A stretch of DNA of 64,000 nucleotides, taken from the NCBI GenBank assembly GCA_964581775.1, contig CAZOQA010000002.1, positions 85,125 to 149,124 on the forward strand. The letters are read 5' to 3'. Origin of the DNA: an uncultured Thermoplasmatales archaeon (lineage in GTDB: Archaea; Thermoplasmatota; SW-10-69-26). Position 1 is the first letter of the stretch; the number at the start of each line of letters is the position of its first letter. The position numbers were made by a program, and so were the translations under genes. This document shows, in pieces, positions 36,680 through 46,375 of this stretch. Below the pieces are notes generated by a model, which saw only the letters and a list, made by a program, of their open reading frames with translations, was not told the origin of the DNA and ran no database searches.

Positions 36680-37927
36680 GTGTCCGATCAGCCATCGTCG
36701 AGCCAACGCGCGCGGTACGAGTTCAAACGCGCCCTGGAGGAGCTCGAGGACGCCCGCGGGCGCGGCACCGAGCTTGTCAGCTTGTACATCAAGCCCGACA
36801 AGAACCTCGACGACGTGCGCGAGCAGATCGCGACCGAGATCGGGGAAGCCCAGAACATCAAATCCAAGAAGACCCGCAAGAACGTGACCAGCGCGCTTGA
36901 AACCATCGAGCAAAGCCTCAAATCGTACCGCCACACGCCCGAGAACGGGCTGGTCCTGCTCGTGGGCGAGGTCTCCGCGCAAGGCGACAGCACGGAGATG
37001 GTCAAGCACGTGATCGAGCCCCCCGAGCCGGTGCCCGTGAACCTGTACCGGTGCGACAACACGTTCCACCTGGAACCTTTGCGTGGCATGCTGGGCACGA
37101 AGGAGGCCTACGGGCTGATCGTGGTGGACCGCTCCGAGGCCACCATCGGTCTGCTCGAGGGCGAGCGCATCAAGGTGCTTCGCAACCACCAGTCCATGGT
37201 GCCCAGCAAGCACACCAAGGGCGGTCAATCCCAGCAACGGTTCGAACGCTTGATCGAGGAGGCCGCGCAAGGCTTCTTCAAGAAGGTCGGCGAGTCCGCC
37301 ACGGAGCTCTTCCAGCGCGTCGACGACCTGCAAGGCATCCTCGTGGGCGGGCCCGGCCACACGAAAGAGAAGTGGCTCAAGGGCGATTTCTTGCACCACG
37401 AGCTGCGCAACAAGGTCCTCGACACGTTCGACACCGGGTACACCGACGAGCACGGGCTCGACGAGCTCGTGGAGAACGCGCACGCCTTCCTCGAGCAACG
37501 CGGCCTGACCCGCGAGAAGGACCTGATGAACGCGTTCCTCAGCGAGGTCCGCCAGGAAGAAGGCAAGTTCTCCTACGGGGAAGAACAGGTCCGCGAGCGC
37601 TTGAAGATGGGCGCCGTGGACACGCTTCTTCTCAGCGAGGAGCTTCGCCGATGGCGCCTGAACCTGGCCTGCTCGAGCTGCGAGAACGCCTGGAAGGACA
37701 CCACCACGGACCTCGAGAAAACCAAGACCACCCCCCCCTCGTGCCCCGCGTGCGGGGACGACGACGTGAACATCGCGGAGACCACGGACGTCGTCGCGGA
37801 GCTCACCGAGATGGCCGACCAACGAGGCACCGACGTCGAGCTGATCAGCATGCAAAGCGAGGAGGGCCAGATGCTCATGAACGCGTTCGGCGGGACCGCC
37901 GCGATTCTCCGGTTCCGCATCCGCTGA
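36680..37927 (+). CDS. prf1: peptide chain release factor aRF1
   Basis: 'AQNIKSKKT' (NIKS), 'HTKGGQSQQRFERL' (GGQ), and a C-terminal Cys4 insertion 'CSSC...CPAC'. GTG start. Confidence 0.95.
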   Translation: MSDQPSSSQRARYEFKRALEELEDARGRGTELVSLYIKPDKNLDDVREQIATEIGEAQNIKSKKTRKNVTSALETIEQSLKSYRHTPENGLVLLVGEVSAQGDSTEMVKHVIEPPEPVPVNLYRCDNTFHLEPLRGMLGTKEAYGLIVVDRSEATIGLLEGERIKVLRNHQSMVPSKHTKGGQSQQRFERLIEEAAQGFFKKVGESATELFQRVDDLQGILVGGPGHTKEKWLKGDFLHHELRNKVLDTFDTGYTDEHGLDELVENAHAFLEQRGLTREKDLMNAFLSEVRQEEGKFSYGEEQVRERLKMGAVDTLLLSEELRRWRLNLACSSCENAWKDTTTDLEKTKTTPPSCPACGDDDVNIAETTDVVAELTEMADQRGTDVELISMQSEEGQMLMNAFGGTAAILRFRIR

Positions 37928-37940
37928 CGAGGCCCCTCCC

Positions 37941-38663
37941 GTGATCGCCATCGACCTGGCACGGCTCGTCGTCGCCATCACCGTGCTCGCGTTCGCCGCC
38001 GTGTGCGATCTCCGGTGGCGACGCGCACCCGACGCGTGCTGGCTGATCGTGGCCGGCGCCGGCGTCCTCTTGCTCGCGGCCGAGTGGCTTGCCACGCCCG
38101 CGTTCTTCGCCCTCTACCGACCCGCGCTGTTGACCGCGCTCATGGTGCTTGGCCTGGCCGTGGTCGGGTACCTGACGGGGTTGATCGCGGGTGGCGCGGA
38201 CGCGAAAGCCCTGGCCAGTTTGGCCCTGCTCGCACCCGTGCCCCTGGCGCCTTCCTGGCAGATCCCCCTGGCCTCGCCCTTCCCGTTGGCCCTGACCGCG
38301 CTCACGAACGCCCTGTTGCTCGCCCTCGTGGTGCCCGGGGTCCTGCTCGTCGTGAACCTGGCCCGCGGGGACATCGACGGCGCGCGCACGTTCCTGGCCT
38401 TCCGCACCCGCCTGGAGGGCCTCCGGCGGCGCGTCGTGTGGCCGCTGGAGTACGTGGACGAGGACGGTGAGCACGTGGTCGCCTCCTCGCCCCGGCTCCT
38501 CCCGCGGGACGCGTTCGACCCGGACGCGCTGGCCCGGTTGGGCCGCGAGCGCGTGTGGGTGACGCCCAAGGTGCCCTTCCTTGTCCCGTTGTGGGCGGGC
38601 CTGATCGTCGCGATCCTCCTGGGGGACCCGTTGGCGTGGTCCTTGAGGAGCCTGATGGGCTAA
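37941..38663 (+). CDS. A24-family archaeal prepilin/preflagellin peptidase
   Basis: Polytopic membrane protein with the two catalytic-Asp contexts 'AAVCDLRWRR' and 'IAGGADAKAL'. Confidence 0.75.
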   Translation: MIAIDLARLVVAITVLAFAAVCDLRWRRAPDACWLIVAGAGVLLLAAEWLATPAFFALYRPALLTALMVLGLAVVGYLTGLIAGGADAKALASLALLAPVPLAPSWQIPLASPFPLALTALTNALLLALVVPGVLLVVNLARGDIDGARTFLAFRTRLEGLRRRVVWPLEYVDEDGEHVVASSPRLLPRDAFDPDALARLGRERVWVTPKVPFLVPLWAGLIVAILLGDPLAWSLRSLMG

Positions 38664-39604
38664 CCCGCCGCGGCCTCGCCCTCGTCTTCGCCTTCGTCCT
38701 CCTCCGGGGGGGAGGGGCTGGGGCCTTCCTGGGCGCCCTCGTCCACGCGCGTGAGCGTCTTCACGGTCGTCGAGGGGCCGCCCTCCGGTTTCACGGCCAG
38801 CTTGGCTACGCACAGGTCCCCGGGCTTGGCCTCGGGGGGCGCGCGCACCATCAGGTACACGGTGCGGGTCTCCTTGCCGCCCAGCTCCAGGTCCGGCAGC
38901 GTCGTCAACGCGCTCCAGCCCTCCTGCACGTCCACGACCTCCAAGCGCACGGGGGCGGGGTCGCTGGATTTGTTCTTCAGCGTGACGGGGAAGCTGGTGC
39001 CTCGACCCGCGACGACGTCCTTCTCGCTCTCCTCGACCGTCGCATCGATGCGGGGCCCCCGGCGCTGGTAGGCCACGGGCACGCCCACGACGGCTCCGGC
39101 CACGATGACACCGAACACGATCCACGGCCAGGGAAGGCCCCCGTCCTCGGGCGCCTGGATGGGAGCGTGCGTGAACGTGAGCGTCTGGTCATCGTTGGTG
39201 GACCCGTCCACGGTGGCTACGCCCAGGGGGCTCTGGCACTCGACGTTCTCCAGGCTCGCCGTGAACGAGGCGTCCCGTTCGTCCTCGCCCTCGTAGGTGA
39301 CATCGATGCTGAACTCCTGCTCCTCGCCGCCTCCCAGGGAGATGCTGGGCATGCTGGTCGGCCACGACCACCCGGGCGGGGGCTCGGAGATGAACACGCT
39401 AGCCTCCGCGTCGAGCGTCCCGGTGTTCTGCGCGAGGAACGTGAAGGCGCGGTCTTCACCCTGCTCGAACCCATCCGTGTCCGGGTTGGCATCCCCGCTT
39501 AGAAGCTCCACGTGGCACTGGTCCTCGAGCTGAGCCACGGCGCTGCTCGAGAACCCGATCGCGGCCACCGCGAGGATCATGATCCAGACCCCGGAGGTTC
39601 GCAT
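38660..39604 (-). CDS. membrane protein with two CARDB/NEW3-like domains flanking a TM segment
   Basis: Signal peptide, 'FLAQNTGTLDAEASVFISEPPPGWSW', TM 'WIVFGVIVAGAVVGVPVA', and 'FPVTLKNKSSDPAPVRLEVVDVQEGWSA'. Its stop overlaps the peptidase stop (CTAA). Confidence 0.6.
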   Translation of the reverse strand: MRTSGVWIMILAVAAIGFSSSAVAQLEDQCHVELLSGDANPDTDGFEQGEDRAFTFLAQNTGTLDAEASVFISEPPPGWSWPTSMPSISLGGGEEQEFSIDVTYEGEDERDASFTASLENVECQSPLGVATVDGSTNDDQTLTFTHAPIQAPEDGGLPWPWIVFGVIVAGAVVGVPVAYQRRGPRIDATVEESEKDVVAGRGTSFPVTLKNKSSDPAPVRLEVVDVQEGWSALTTLPDLELGGKETRTVYLMVRAPPEAKPGDLCVAKLAVKPEGGPSTTVKTLTRVDEGAQEGPSPSPPEEDEGEDEGEAAAG

Positions 39605-39729
39605 GCGACCCCACGACCTGGGGTCGCGCGCTTAAGCCCTTCGCAACTGCACCACCACGCCCCTCGCACTGGAACTTTCACGCCTCCCCCATGGAGGTGG
39701 TATCCCCACGGAGCACGAACCAGGGCCCG

Positions 39730-41979
39730 ATGAGCCAGCCCGACGCCAGCTTCCCGCTGGCCCACGCCGAGCCCCGCGACTACCAGACCCGCATCGCTCG
39801 CGCCTGCCAAGGACGCAACAGCCTCGTCATCCTCCCCACCGGCCTCGGCAAGACGATCGTGGCCGCGCTCCTCGCAGCCCACCACCTCGACCACGACGAG
39901 CGCGTGCTCGTGGTCGCCCCCACGCAAGCCCTCGTCCAACAGCACGCCGACGTCTACCAAGACCAACTCCCCCACGCGGACGTGGCCACGCTCACCGGGA
40001 ACACGCCCCCCCAAGAACGCACCGACGCCTGGACACGCGGCGACATCCTCGTCGCCACGCCCCAAACCGCCCGCAACGATCTCACCCAAGGCACCCTGGA
40101 CCCTCGCGACTGGGGCCTGCTCATCGTCGACGAAGCCCACCGCGCCACCGGGAAACACGCCTCCACGGAGGTCGCAGCCGCCTTCCGCAAGCACGGGACC
40201 CCCCTCCTGGGCACCACCGCCTCCCCCGCCGAGGACCCCGACGCGATGCAAACCGTGATCGACAACCTCGCCATCCACCACATCGAAGCCCGAACCGAAC
40301 GCGACCCCGACGTGGCCCCCTACGTCGACCCCGTCACCATCGACTGGATCCGCATCAACCTCCCCGAAACGCTCCAAGAAGCCTCCTCCGAGCTGCGCAC
40401 CCTCGCAGAATCCTACGTGGACGAGCTCCGCTCCATGGACCTCTACCGATCCCGCTTCGTCAAACGAGGCGACCTCCTCACCCTGCGCAAGCGCCTCCAG
40501 AACGAACAGGCCCCCGACGACGCGCGCACGCACGTGACCGCCGCCCTGCGCGCGCTGCACGCGATCGAGCTCGTCGAGACCCAGAGCACGACCGCCGCCC
40601 GCGCCTACCTTGACACGCTGGCCTCCTCGCGCTTGGCCGAGCATCCCTCCTTCCAGCACGCCAAGCGCCGGCTGGAAAGCTACCTCGGCGAGCACCCCAA
40701 GATGCGCCGGTGCGCCCGCAGCCTCGAGGAGGAACTGCGCCAGGACGAGGACGCCAGGGGCCTCGTCTTCGTGAAGACCCGGGAGACCGGTCGAGCGCTC
40801 CTGGAGACGCTCGAGGACGAGACCAGACTGCGATGCCAGGTGTTCTTCGGCAGATCCGGCGAGGACGGTCTGACCCCGGACCAGCAGCGCGAACGGCTCG
40901 ACGCGCTCCGGGACGGGGACGTCGACGTGCTCGTGGCCACCAGCGTCGGCGAGGAAGGCCTGGATGTCCCCTCCGTGGACCTCGTCGTGTTCTACGAGCC
41001 CGTGGCAAGCGCCGTACGAGCCGTGCAACGCAAAGGCCGCACCGGCCGAGACGGGCCCGGGCACGTGCTGGTTCTCGTCACGCGGGGCACCCGCGACGAG
41101 GCAGCGTACTGGTCCGCGGCCAAGCGGGAGCGGCGCATGCGACGCTTGGTCCGCCAGCTCCAAAGCACCTCCAAGAAGGCCCCCGAGCCCTCGGTCCGCT
41201 CGAACCCGTCCGCGTACGAAGAGGCCACGTGCTCGGACTCCGATCCCACCGTGCTCGTGGACCACAAACATGCCAACGGTCCCCTGGCGCGCCGCCTTCG
41301 ACGCGAAGGCATCTCCATCGAACCCGCCCGCGTTCCCCACGGGGACGCCGTGCTCTCCTCGCGCACCGTCGTGCACCACACGACCGTGCCCGAGGCGGAA
41401 AAAGCCCTCCAGGACGAGACGCTTCCCCGCCAGATCCGGATCCTCAAACGAGGGTTCCCCTCCCCGGTCCTCATCCTCGAGGGCGATCCCTTTGCAGATG
41501 CCGCCCAGTCGGGCCTTCTGGGCGAGTTGACGGAGCTTGCCTCCCGGTGGGGGGTCCCCATGATCCAGGCGCACGATCCCCGCCAGACCGCGAGCCTGAT
41601 CGCGCAGCTGGCTCGACGCGAGAACCAGCAGGCCGGGGCCCCCACGAGCCGGGACGGGACCGGCGGACGCTCGCTGGCTCACAACCAGCGGTTCCTCCTG
41701 CAAGCGCTCCCCAACGTCTCCCAGCGCCTGAGCGACCGCTTGCTGGAAGCGTTCGGGACGCCCGGCAACGTGCTCGGGGCCAGCGAGGACGAGCTCGCAA
41801 GCGTGCCCGGGATCGGCCCGAACACAGCAACGGCCATACGCAGGGTGCTGCATGCCGACCCCGAGACGCCGTGGCGGAACGGAACCTCGACGTCCACCCC
41901 AGCCCCGGGGACCACAACGCGCTCTGGTACTGGGCCCAAGAGGTCGGCTTCCTCAAGGTCGCGCGCAACTACACCCTGA
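39730..41979 (+). CDS. hef: Hef-type helicase with ERCC4-like domain and C-terminal HhH2
   Basis: 'LPTGLGKT', 'LIVDEAHRATG', 'GTTASP', 'QRKGRTGR'. ERCC4-like region 'VLVDHKH...GDAVLS...VVHHTTVPEAE'. HhH2 'LPNVSQRLSDRLLEAFG...VPGIGPNTATAI'. Start at 39730 or 39691. Confidence 0.9.
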   Translation: MSQPDASFPLAHAEPRDYQTRIARACQGRNSLVILPTGLGKTIVAALLAAHHLDHDERVLVVAPTQALVQQHADVYQDQLPHADVATLTGNTPPQERTDAWTRGDILVATPQTARNDLTQGTLDPRDWGLLIVDEAHRATGKHASTEVAAAFRKHGTPLLGTTASPAEDPDAMQTVIDNLAIHHIEARTERDPDVAPYVDPVTIDWIRINLPETLQEASSELRTLAESYVDELRSMDLYRSRFVKRGDLLTLRKRLQNEQAPDDARTHVTAALRALHAIELVETQSTTAARAYLDTLASSRLAEHPSFQHAKRRLESYLGEHPKMRRCARSLEEELRQDEDARGLVFVKTRETGRALLETLEDETRLRCQVFFGRSGEDGLTPDQQRERLDALRDGDVDVLVATSVGEEGLDVPSVDLVVFYEPVASAVRAVQRKGRTGRDGPGHVLVLVTRGTRDEAAYWSAAKRERRMRRLVRQLQSTSKKAPEPSVRSNPSAYEEATCSDSDPTVLVDHKHANGPLARRLRREGISIEPARVPHGDAVLSSRTVVHHTTVPEAEKALQDETLPRQIRILKRGFPSPVLILEGDPFADAAQSGLLGELTELASRWGVPMIQAHDPRQTASLIAQLARRENQQAGAPTSRDGTGGRSLAHNQRFLLQALPNVSQRLSDRLLEAFGTPGNVLGASEDELASVPGIGPNTATAIRRVLHADPETPWRNGTSTSTPAPGTTTRSGTGPKRSASSRSRATTP

Positions 41980-42380
41980 TGGCCCTGGCCCGCGTATCCC
42001 CCTCCCTGCGGTTCAAGAACTGGCTGTACCGCCGCATGGGCATCACGGTCGGGAACCACGCCAGCATCGGGCTCGAGGCCACGATGGACATCTTCTTCCC
42101 CGAGCTGATCACGATCGGATCGGACGCGATCGTAGGCTACGACTCCACGGTGCTGTGCCACGAGTTCCTCGCGGACGAGTACCGCACGGGCCCCGTCGAG
42201 ATCGGGAAGCGCGCCAGCATCGGGGCCAACGTGACCATCCTGCCCGGCGTGACCATCGGCGAGGAGGCCACCGTGTCCGCGCACAGCCTCGTGAACCGCG
42301 ATGTGCCCCCGGGCGCCTTCTACGGAGGCGTCCCCGCGCGCGATCTTGAGGAGCAGACCCGGCCCCGGGCCGAGGCCTAG
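41979..42380 (+). CDS. hexapeptide-repeat (LbH) acetyltransferase, WcaF/MAT-like
   Basis: 'GITVGNHASIGLEATM...IGSDAIVGYDSTV...IGKRASIGANVTILPGVTIGEEATVSAHSLV'. ATG 41979 overlaps the Hef stop (TGATG). An in-frame GTG at 41871 would add a family-typical N-terminal segment. Confidence 0.75.
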   Translation: MALARVSPSLRFKNWLYRRMGITVGNHASIGLEATMDIFFPELITIGSDAIVGYDSTVLCHEFLADEYRTGPVEIGKRASIGANVTILPGVTIGEEATVSAHSLVNRDVPPGAFYGGVPARDLEEQTRPRAEA

Positions 42381-42501
42381 GGCCTTCCGGCTTGGCCCCT
42401 TGTCCGCCCAGCACGAGGGGAAACCATTTTGTAATAGTTTCGGCTACGAGGGCATCAACGTAGCTCCCGGACGTCTCGCCCGCGCGGACGCCGAGGTGGT
42501 G

Positions 42502-42768
42502 ATGATGGATTCTCAAGAGGAAAAGCTCCGACAGGTCACGGTCGTCATCGACCAGCTGATCGAGGACAACTCGGTGCCCCGCAACATCCGACGAGGGGCC
42601 GAGGACGCCAAGGAACGGTTGCTCAACCAAGAAGAAGCGCTCGACGTGCGCGTCGCAAGCGCCGTGAGCACCTTGGACGACCTCGCCAACGACCCGAACA
42701 TCCCGTTGCATGGGCGCACCGTCATCTGGAACATCATCTCCGGGCTCGAATCCATCTCGGCCAAGTGA
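42502..42768 (+). CDS. UPF0147-family archaeal protein
   Basis: 'DNSVPRNIRRGAEDA...LDVRVASAVSTLDDLANDPNIPLHGRTVIWNIISGLE' matches the UPF0147 conserved core. Confidence 0.75.
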   Translation: MMDSQEEKLRQVTVVIDQLIEDNSVPRNIRRGAEDAKERLLNQEEALDVRVASAVSTLDDLANDPNIPLHGRTVIWNIISGLESISAK

Positions 42769-42882
42769 CGACCCCCTGCCGGGGCCCAAATGCCCCCGCG
42801 CCTGCTCCCTCTCAACCAGCCACACGGCTAGCTCGGACCTGGTCCGAGCCCTGGGACGGCGTCCCACCTTTCGAAGCGTCGG

Positions 42883-42897
42883 TTTTTTACCGAATTA
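42883..42897 (+). promoter_or_regulatory. T6 tract plus AT-rich box (TTTTTTACCGAATTA): terminator of UPF0147 gene and/or TATA for ATG 42918
   Basis: Lies about 115 nt after the upstream stop and 21-35 nt before the next start codon. Confidence 0.45.
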
Positions 42898-42917
42898 GTG
42901 GATTGGCCCCGCAGGTG

Positions 42918-43085
42918 ATGTCGTTGATCATCAACAAGAGCCGAGTCAAAGACGCTGCGGGCGATTTCCGGGTGAGCTCCGACTTCTACGACGCCATCGA
43001 CGAGGTCGTTGCCAACGAGATCAAGGAAGCCAAACGGCGCGCCGACGAGAACGGCCGCTCCACCCTGATGCCCTACGACCTCTGA
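42918..43085 (+). CDS. DUF1931-like histone-fold-related small protein
   Basis: 55 aa. 'KSRVKDAAGDFRVSSDFYDAIDEVVANEIKEAKRRADENGRSTLMPYDL' matches the archaeal DUF1931 pattern as I recall it. Confidence 0.6.
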   Translation: MSLIINKSRVKDAAGDFRVSSDFYDAIDEVVANEIKEAKRRADENGRSTLMPYDL

Positions 43086-43140
43086 AGGGCTCTCCCGCGC
43101 CGTAGCGCGACGCTCCCGTCGCGCCTTCCCCCCGCTTTCC

Positions 43141-43150
43141 TCTTTTTCTC
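43141..43150 (+). terminator. oligo-T tract (TCTTTTTCTC) after the DUF1931-like gene
   Basis: T-rich run about 55 nt after the stop at 43085. Confidence 0.35.
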
Positions 43151-43241
43151 CCCCTTCCACTGCCGTGGGCAAGGAACGTTCCAGACCCTGGGCAACGATC
43201 GTTCCTGAACCCTTGACCCCCCCACCCCACGAGGCTCAACC

Positions 43242-43766
43242 ATGAGCCCCGCCGGAAGCCCCGCAGGGACCCTCCTCCTGGCCACGCTCGTCGCCAGCCT
43301 GGGCATCAGCGCGTACGCCCTCGACGCGGCCGCGCACCTCGACTCCGCGCTCGACGACGCGGTCGACGACGCCCTGCGCGATCTGTCCGTCGACTGGGTG
43401 ACCCTCTACGACGCGCACGGCACCGTCACCGACGACGCCGTGGACACCGTCGTGCTCACCCTGCGCCTAAGCGGGCCCCTCGACCAGCTCGACCTCGACG
43501 ATCTGGACGCCCGGCAAGGACAAACCCCCCTGACCCTCACGCTCCAGGACGCGGTCCAGGACGCGGACGGGTCCCTCGAGGACGGGACCCTCACCGACGG
43601 CGACCTCGCCCGGGTCAGCATCCCTCTCGAGGATCCCCTCCCCGCGAAGAGCACCGCTCAGATCGAGCTTCACCACGACGCGGGACGCCCCATGATCGTG
43701 GAGATCACCACGCCCCTTTCGCTCGAGGACGGACGCGAGCGCTTGGAGCACCGCACCTACTGGTGA
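43242..43766 (+). CDS. N-terminally anchored acidic protein (FlaG/FlaF- or pilin-like beta-sandwich?)
   Basis: 174 aa. One N-terminal hydrophobic helix 'GTLLLATLVASLGISAYAL', then an Asp-rich beta-like region. No clear class III signal cleavage motif. Confidence 0.45.
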   Translation: MSPAGSPAGTLLLATLVASLGISAYALDAAAHLDSALDDAVDDALRDLSVDWVTLYDAHGTVTDDAVDTVVLTLRLSGPLDQLDLDDLDARQGQTPLTLTLQDAVQDADGSLEDGTLTDGDLARVSIPLEDPLPAKSTAQIELHHDAGRPMIVEITTPLSLEDGRERLEHRTYW

Positions 43767-43767
43767 C

Positions 43768-46245
43768 TCAGTCCCGGATCCCCTCGCGCTCGATCTGGAA
43801 CACCGCTTCCCCCTCCGGCAGGTTCGGCGCGTCGATCAACCGCGCGATGCGCTTGCCGCCCCGGCTTTTGCGCAGGTAGATCCGGTACGTGGCCGTGTGG
43901 CCCACGATGTGCCCCCCGATCGGGCGCGTGGGGTCCCCGAAGTACGCATCCGGCTTGGCCTGCACCTGGTTCGTGACGGCCACCACCGCGTTGTGCACGT
44001 CCCCGAAGCGCAGGATGTCGTGCATGAACTTGTTCAGCTTCTGCTGCCGCTCGGCCAGCGCACCCCGGCCGATGTACTCGGCCCGGAAGTGCGAGGTCAG
44101 GCTGTCCACGATCAGGCACCGCACGTCGTTCTCCTTGGCCAAGTCCAGCGCCTTGTCCGCCAAGAGCATCTGGTGGTGGCTGTTGAACGCGCGCGCGACG
44201 TGGATCTTCTCCAGCACCTCCTCCGGGTCCAACCCGAACCCCTCGGCCATCTGGCCCACGCGCTCGGGCCGGAACGTGTTCTCCGTGTCGATCATCATGA
44301 CCTCGCCCCCCAAGCCTCCCTCCTCCTCGGGCAGCTGCGTCGACACGGCCAGCTGGAGCACGACTTGCGTGTTGTGGATGAACGTGGGCACGGTCCCGCC
44401 CACGAACGCGTGCCCGTCCGGGACGACCAAGTCGTAGACGTAATCGTCGTAGGGTTCCTCCTCGATCTCGACGATCTCGTCCCACGCCATCTTCTCGATG
44501 TTCTTCAGGTGAGGCCAGGCGTCCTCAAGCACCTTCTCGCGCTCGCGAAGCTCAGCCACCAGGGCCTCACGGATGCTCTGCCTCTTCTCGGCGTCCTCGG
44601 GAAGCTGCCGTTGTACGTAGTTCTGAAGGGAGCTCTTGGCGAGGCCCAGCTCGCTGGCCAAGCTGTTGAGGGGGAAGGGGAGAAGGTCCACGAGTCGAAG
44701 GAACGCCTCGTGGTCGAGGTCATCGAGGTCCTCGGCGAGGTCGAGGGCTTCCCCGAGACGCTCTCGGCCTTCCTGGAACTCGTTCAGGATCCGCTCGAGC
44801 GTGGCTCGGTTGATCGCCCGGTCCCCGTAGGCTCCCCTCGTGAGGACGTGGTAGAAGGTCTCGTCACCGTTCTCCTTGCGCCCGATGGGCTTGGCTCGAC
44901 GGCCTCGGTTGCCTCCCAAGCTCTCTTGGTAGACCTTCGCCAAGTACTGGGGGATCCGTGTGGGGTACCCGTGAGCGCTGTTCCGGGGGGTCCCCTCGAA
45001 GGAGCCCTTGATCTTGAGCGGGAGCTCGTTCACGACCTCGCGGTCGAACCCCGTAAGGCGGACGACGTGGAAGGTGGAGTCGTCGACGAGCTTCTCGGAA
45101 CGCGTGACGCGCGCCCCAAGGCGCGAGAACAGGTACGCGATGCCGGTAGCCAGGTCTTGGCTCTTCGTGGTGGCCGAGACCTCATCGCCGACGGTGCCGT
45201 CCCCGTCCAGGTACCCCGCAAGGAACGCGCGCACGATGTCATCTCGCGCTGCAAGGACGTGCTCCGGGACGCGCTTCGTCCCGGCGGTGGCGTTGGCCAA
45301 GAATCCAAGCAGGTCCCGCGCGTCGTGGGGAACGAGCACGGTCTTCACGTGCTCTCGACGCGTATCGGATCGGACGGTGGCCGTCTTGCCGTAAGCATCC
45401 TCGACGAACGAGGAGAGCCATTCAACGAGCTTGGGCTGGGCTGATGTGATGCCGAGCGGGTTGCGGGAGCCGTCCGCGGCGAAAAGGCCGAGGAAGTACG
45501 CTTCGTCCTTCGAGAGGCGCTCCTCGTCGCCGGGCATCGTCTTGGGCCCGGCGAGCACGTCGCCTTCCTCGAGCTTGGCCGCTGGGGCCCACGCGACGCC
45601 TTCCTCTGTGACGGTGAGGAATCGGTGGGCGCCCGTGGTGCGGTAGGTTTGGCCGCGTCGGGTCTTGACGCGGTAAACGGTCTCCGCGTGCTCCTTGTAG
45701 AGGGCCGCCGCGGAGGTCCTCTCGAACCCTTCCTCTGGGAGGCCGAGCACTTCGACAGGGATGCCTTCGACGATGTGACCGTCATCGTACGCTTGTTCCC
45801 CGTGCTCGTCCGCGTACTTCTCGTAGGCTTGTTGGAGGGTCTCGAGGTGGGGTTCGGCGTCGTTGTAGTAGAAGACGGGCGTGTCGCCGGCCACGCATTT
45901 CCCGCTGCCGTACTCCCCGAAGACCTCCGTGATGGACTGCGTCTCAAGCCCGCCACCCATCAGGTCGTCGAAGCCCTCGCTGCCGGTGGTGACCTTCGAG
46001 ATGTCCTTTCGCCGGTCCATGATGCTGGTCCCGGTCTCGAACCCGCCCACGTCGGCCTGCTTGCGCGCGGCCTGGATGATGCGGATCGAGGCGGCCTCCC
46101 CGACCTCGGCGGTCTCGGAGAGCACCGACGGGCTCGCCACCGCGATCGACAAGAGATCGTCGAACCCGGCGTCCCGGAGCTTCTCTGCGGTTGCTGGACC
46201 GACCCCTGGAAGGTCCTGGAGCTCGACGTCGTCGTCTTCGGCCAT
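43768..46245 (-). CDS. radA: DNA repair and recombination protein RadA, interrupted by an intein in the Walker A loop
   Basis: Start ATG 46245 ('[23 protein letters not shown]', HhH). The Walker A 'GEYGSGK' is split from 'TQVVLQLAV' by 509 aa. C-extein carries '[14 protein letters not shown]' and 'AVVAVTNQV'. Confidence 0.95.
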   Translation of the reverse strand: MAEDDDVELQDLPGVGPATAEKLRDAGFDDLLSIAVASPSVLSETAEVGEAASIRIIQAARKQADVGGFETGTSIMDRRKDISKVTTGSEGFDDLMGGGLETQSITEVFGEYGSGKCVAGDTPVFYYNDAEPHLETLQQAYEKYADEHGEQAYDDGHIVEGIPVEVLGLPEEGFERTSAAALYKEHAETVYRVKTRRGQTYRTTGAHRFLTVTEEGVAWAPAAKLEEGDVLAGPKTMPGDEERLSKDEAYFLGLFAADGSRNPLGITSAQPKLVEWLSSFVEDAYGKTATVRSDTRREHVKTVLVPHDARDLLGFLANATAGTKRVPEHVLAARDDIVRAFLAGYLDGDGTVGDEVSATTKSQDLATGIAYLFSRLGARVTRSEKLVDDSTFHVVRLTGFDREVVNELPLKIKGSFEGTPRNSAHGYPTRIPQYLAKVYQESLGGNRGRRAKPIGRKENGDETFYHVLTRGAYGDRAINRATLERILNEFQEGRERLGEALDLAEDLDDLDHEAFLRLVDLLPFPLNSLASELGLAKSSLQNYVQRQLPEDAEKRQSIREALVAELREREKVLEDAWPHLKNIEKMAWDEIVEIEEEPYDDYVYDLVVPDGHAFVGGTVPTFIHNTQVVLQLAVSTQLPEEEGGLGGEVMMIDTENTFRPERVGQMAEGFGLDPEEVLEKIHVARAFNSHHQMLLADKALDLAKENDVRCLIVDSLTSHFRAEYIGRGALAERQQKLNKFMHDILRFGDVHNAVVAVTNQVQAKPDAYFGDPTRPIGGHIVGHTATYRIYLRKSRGGKRIARLIDAPNLPEGEAVFQIEREGIRD
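44371..45897 (-). mobile_element. RadA P-loop intein with LAGLIDADG homing-endonuclease domain (509 codons)
   Basis: Starts 'CVAGDTPV' (Cys1 codon at 45895-45897) and ends 'TFIHN' followed by the +1 Thr (codon 44368-44370). Block B 'TGAHRFL'. LAGLIDADG motifs '[11 protein letters not shown]' and '[12 protein letters not shown]'. Confidence 0.9.
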
Positions 46246-46375
46246 GGGAATCTCCTTCTCCCGACCCCGCCTCCGGGGGAGGACATGCAGGTCGGGAGGT
46301 GTCAACGCGGGTAAGGACCTCTCCCTTATCTAACCCATCCAGGGACGGTAGCGAAACAACCGCTCGTCGCGGGGT

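Noticed and set aside
43242-43766. A type IV pilin or archaellin substrate for the A24 peptidase at 37941-38663
   Set aside because: The N-terminus lacks the charged residue plus (K/R)G-type class III cleavage context before the hydrophobic helix. I kept it as a generic anchored protein.
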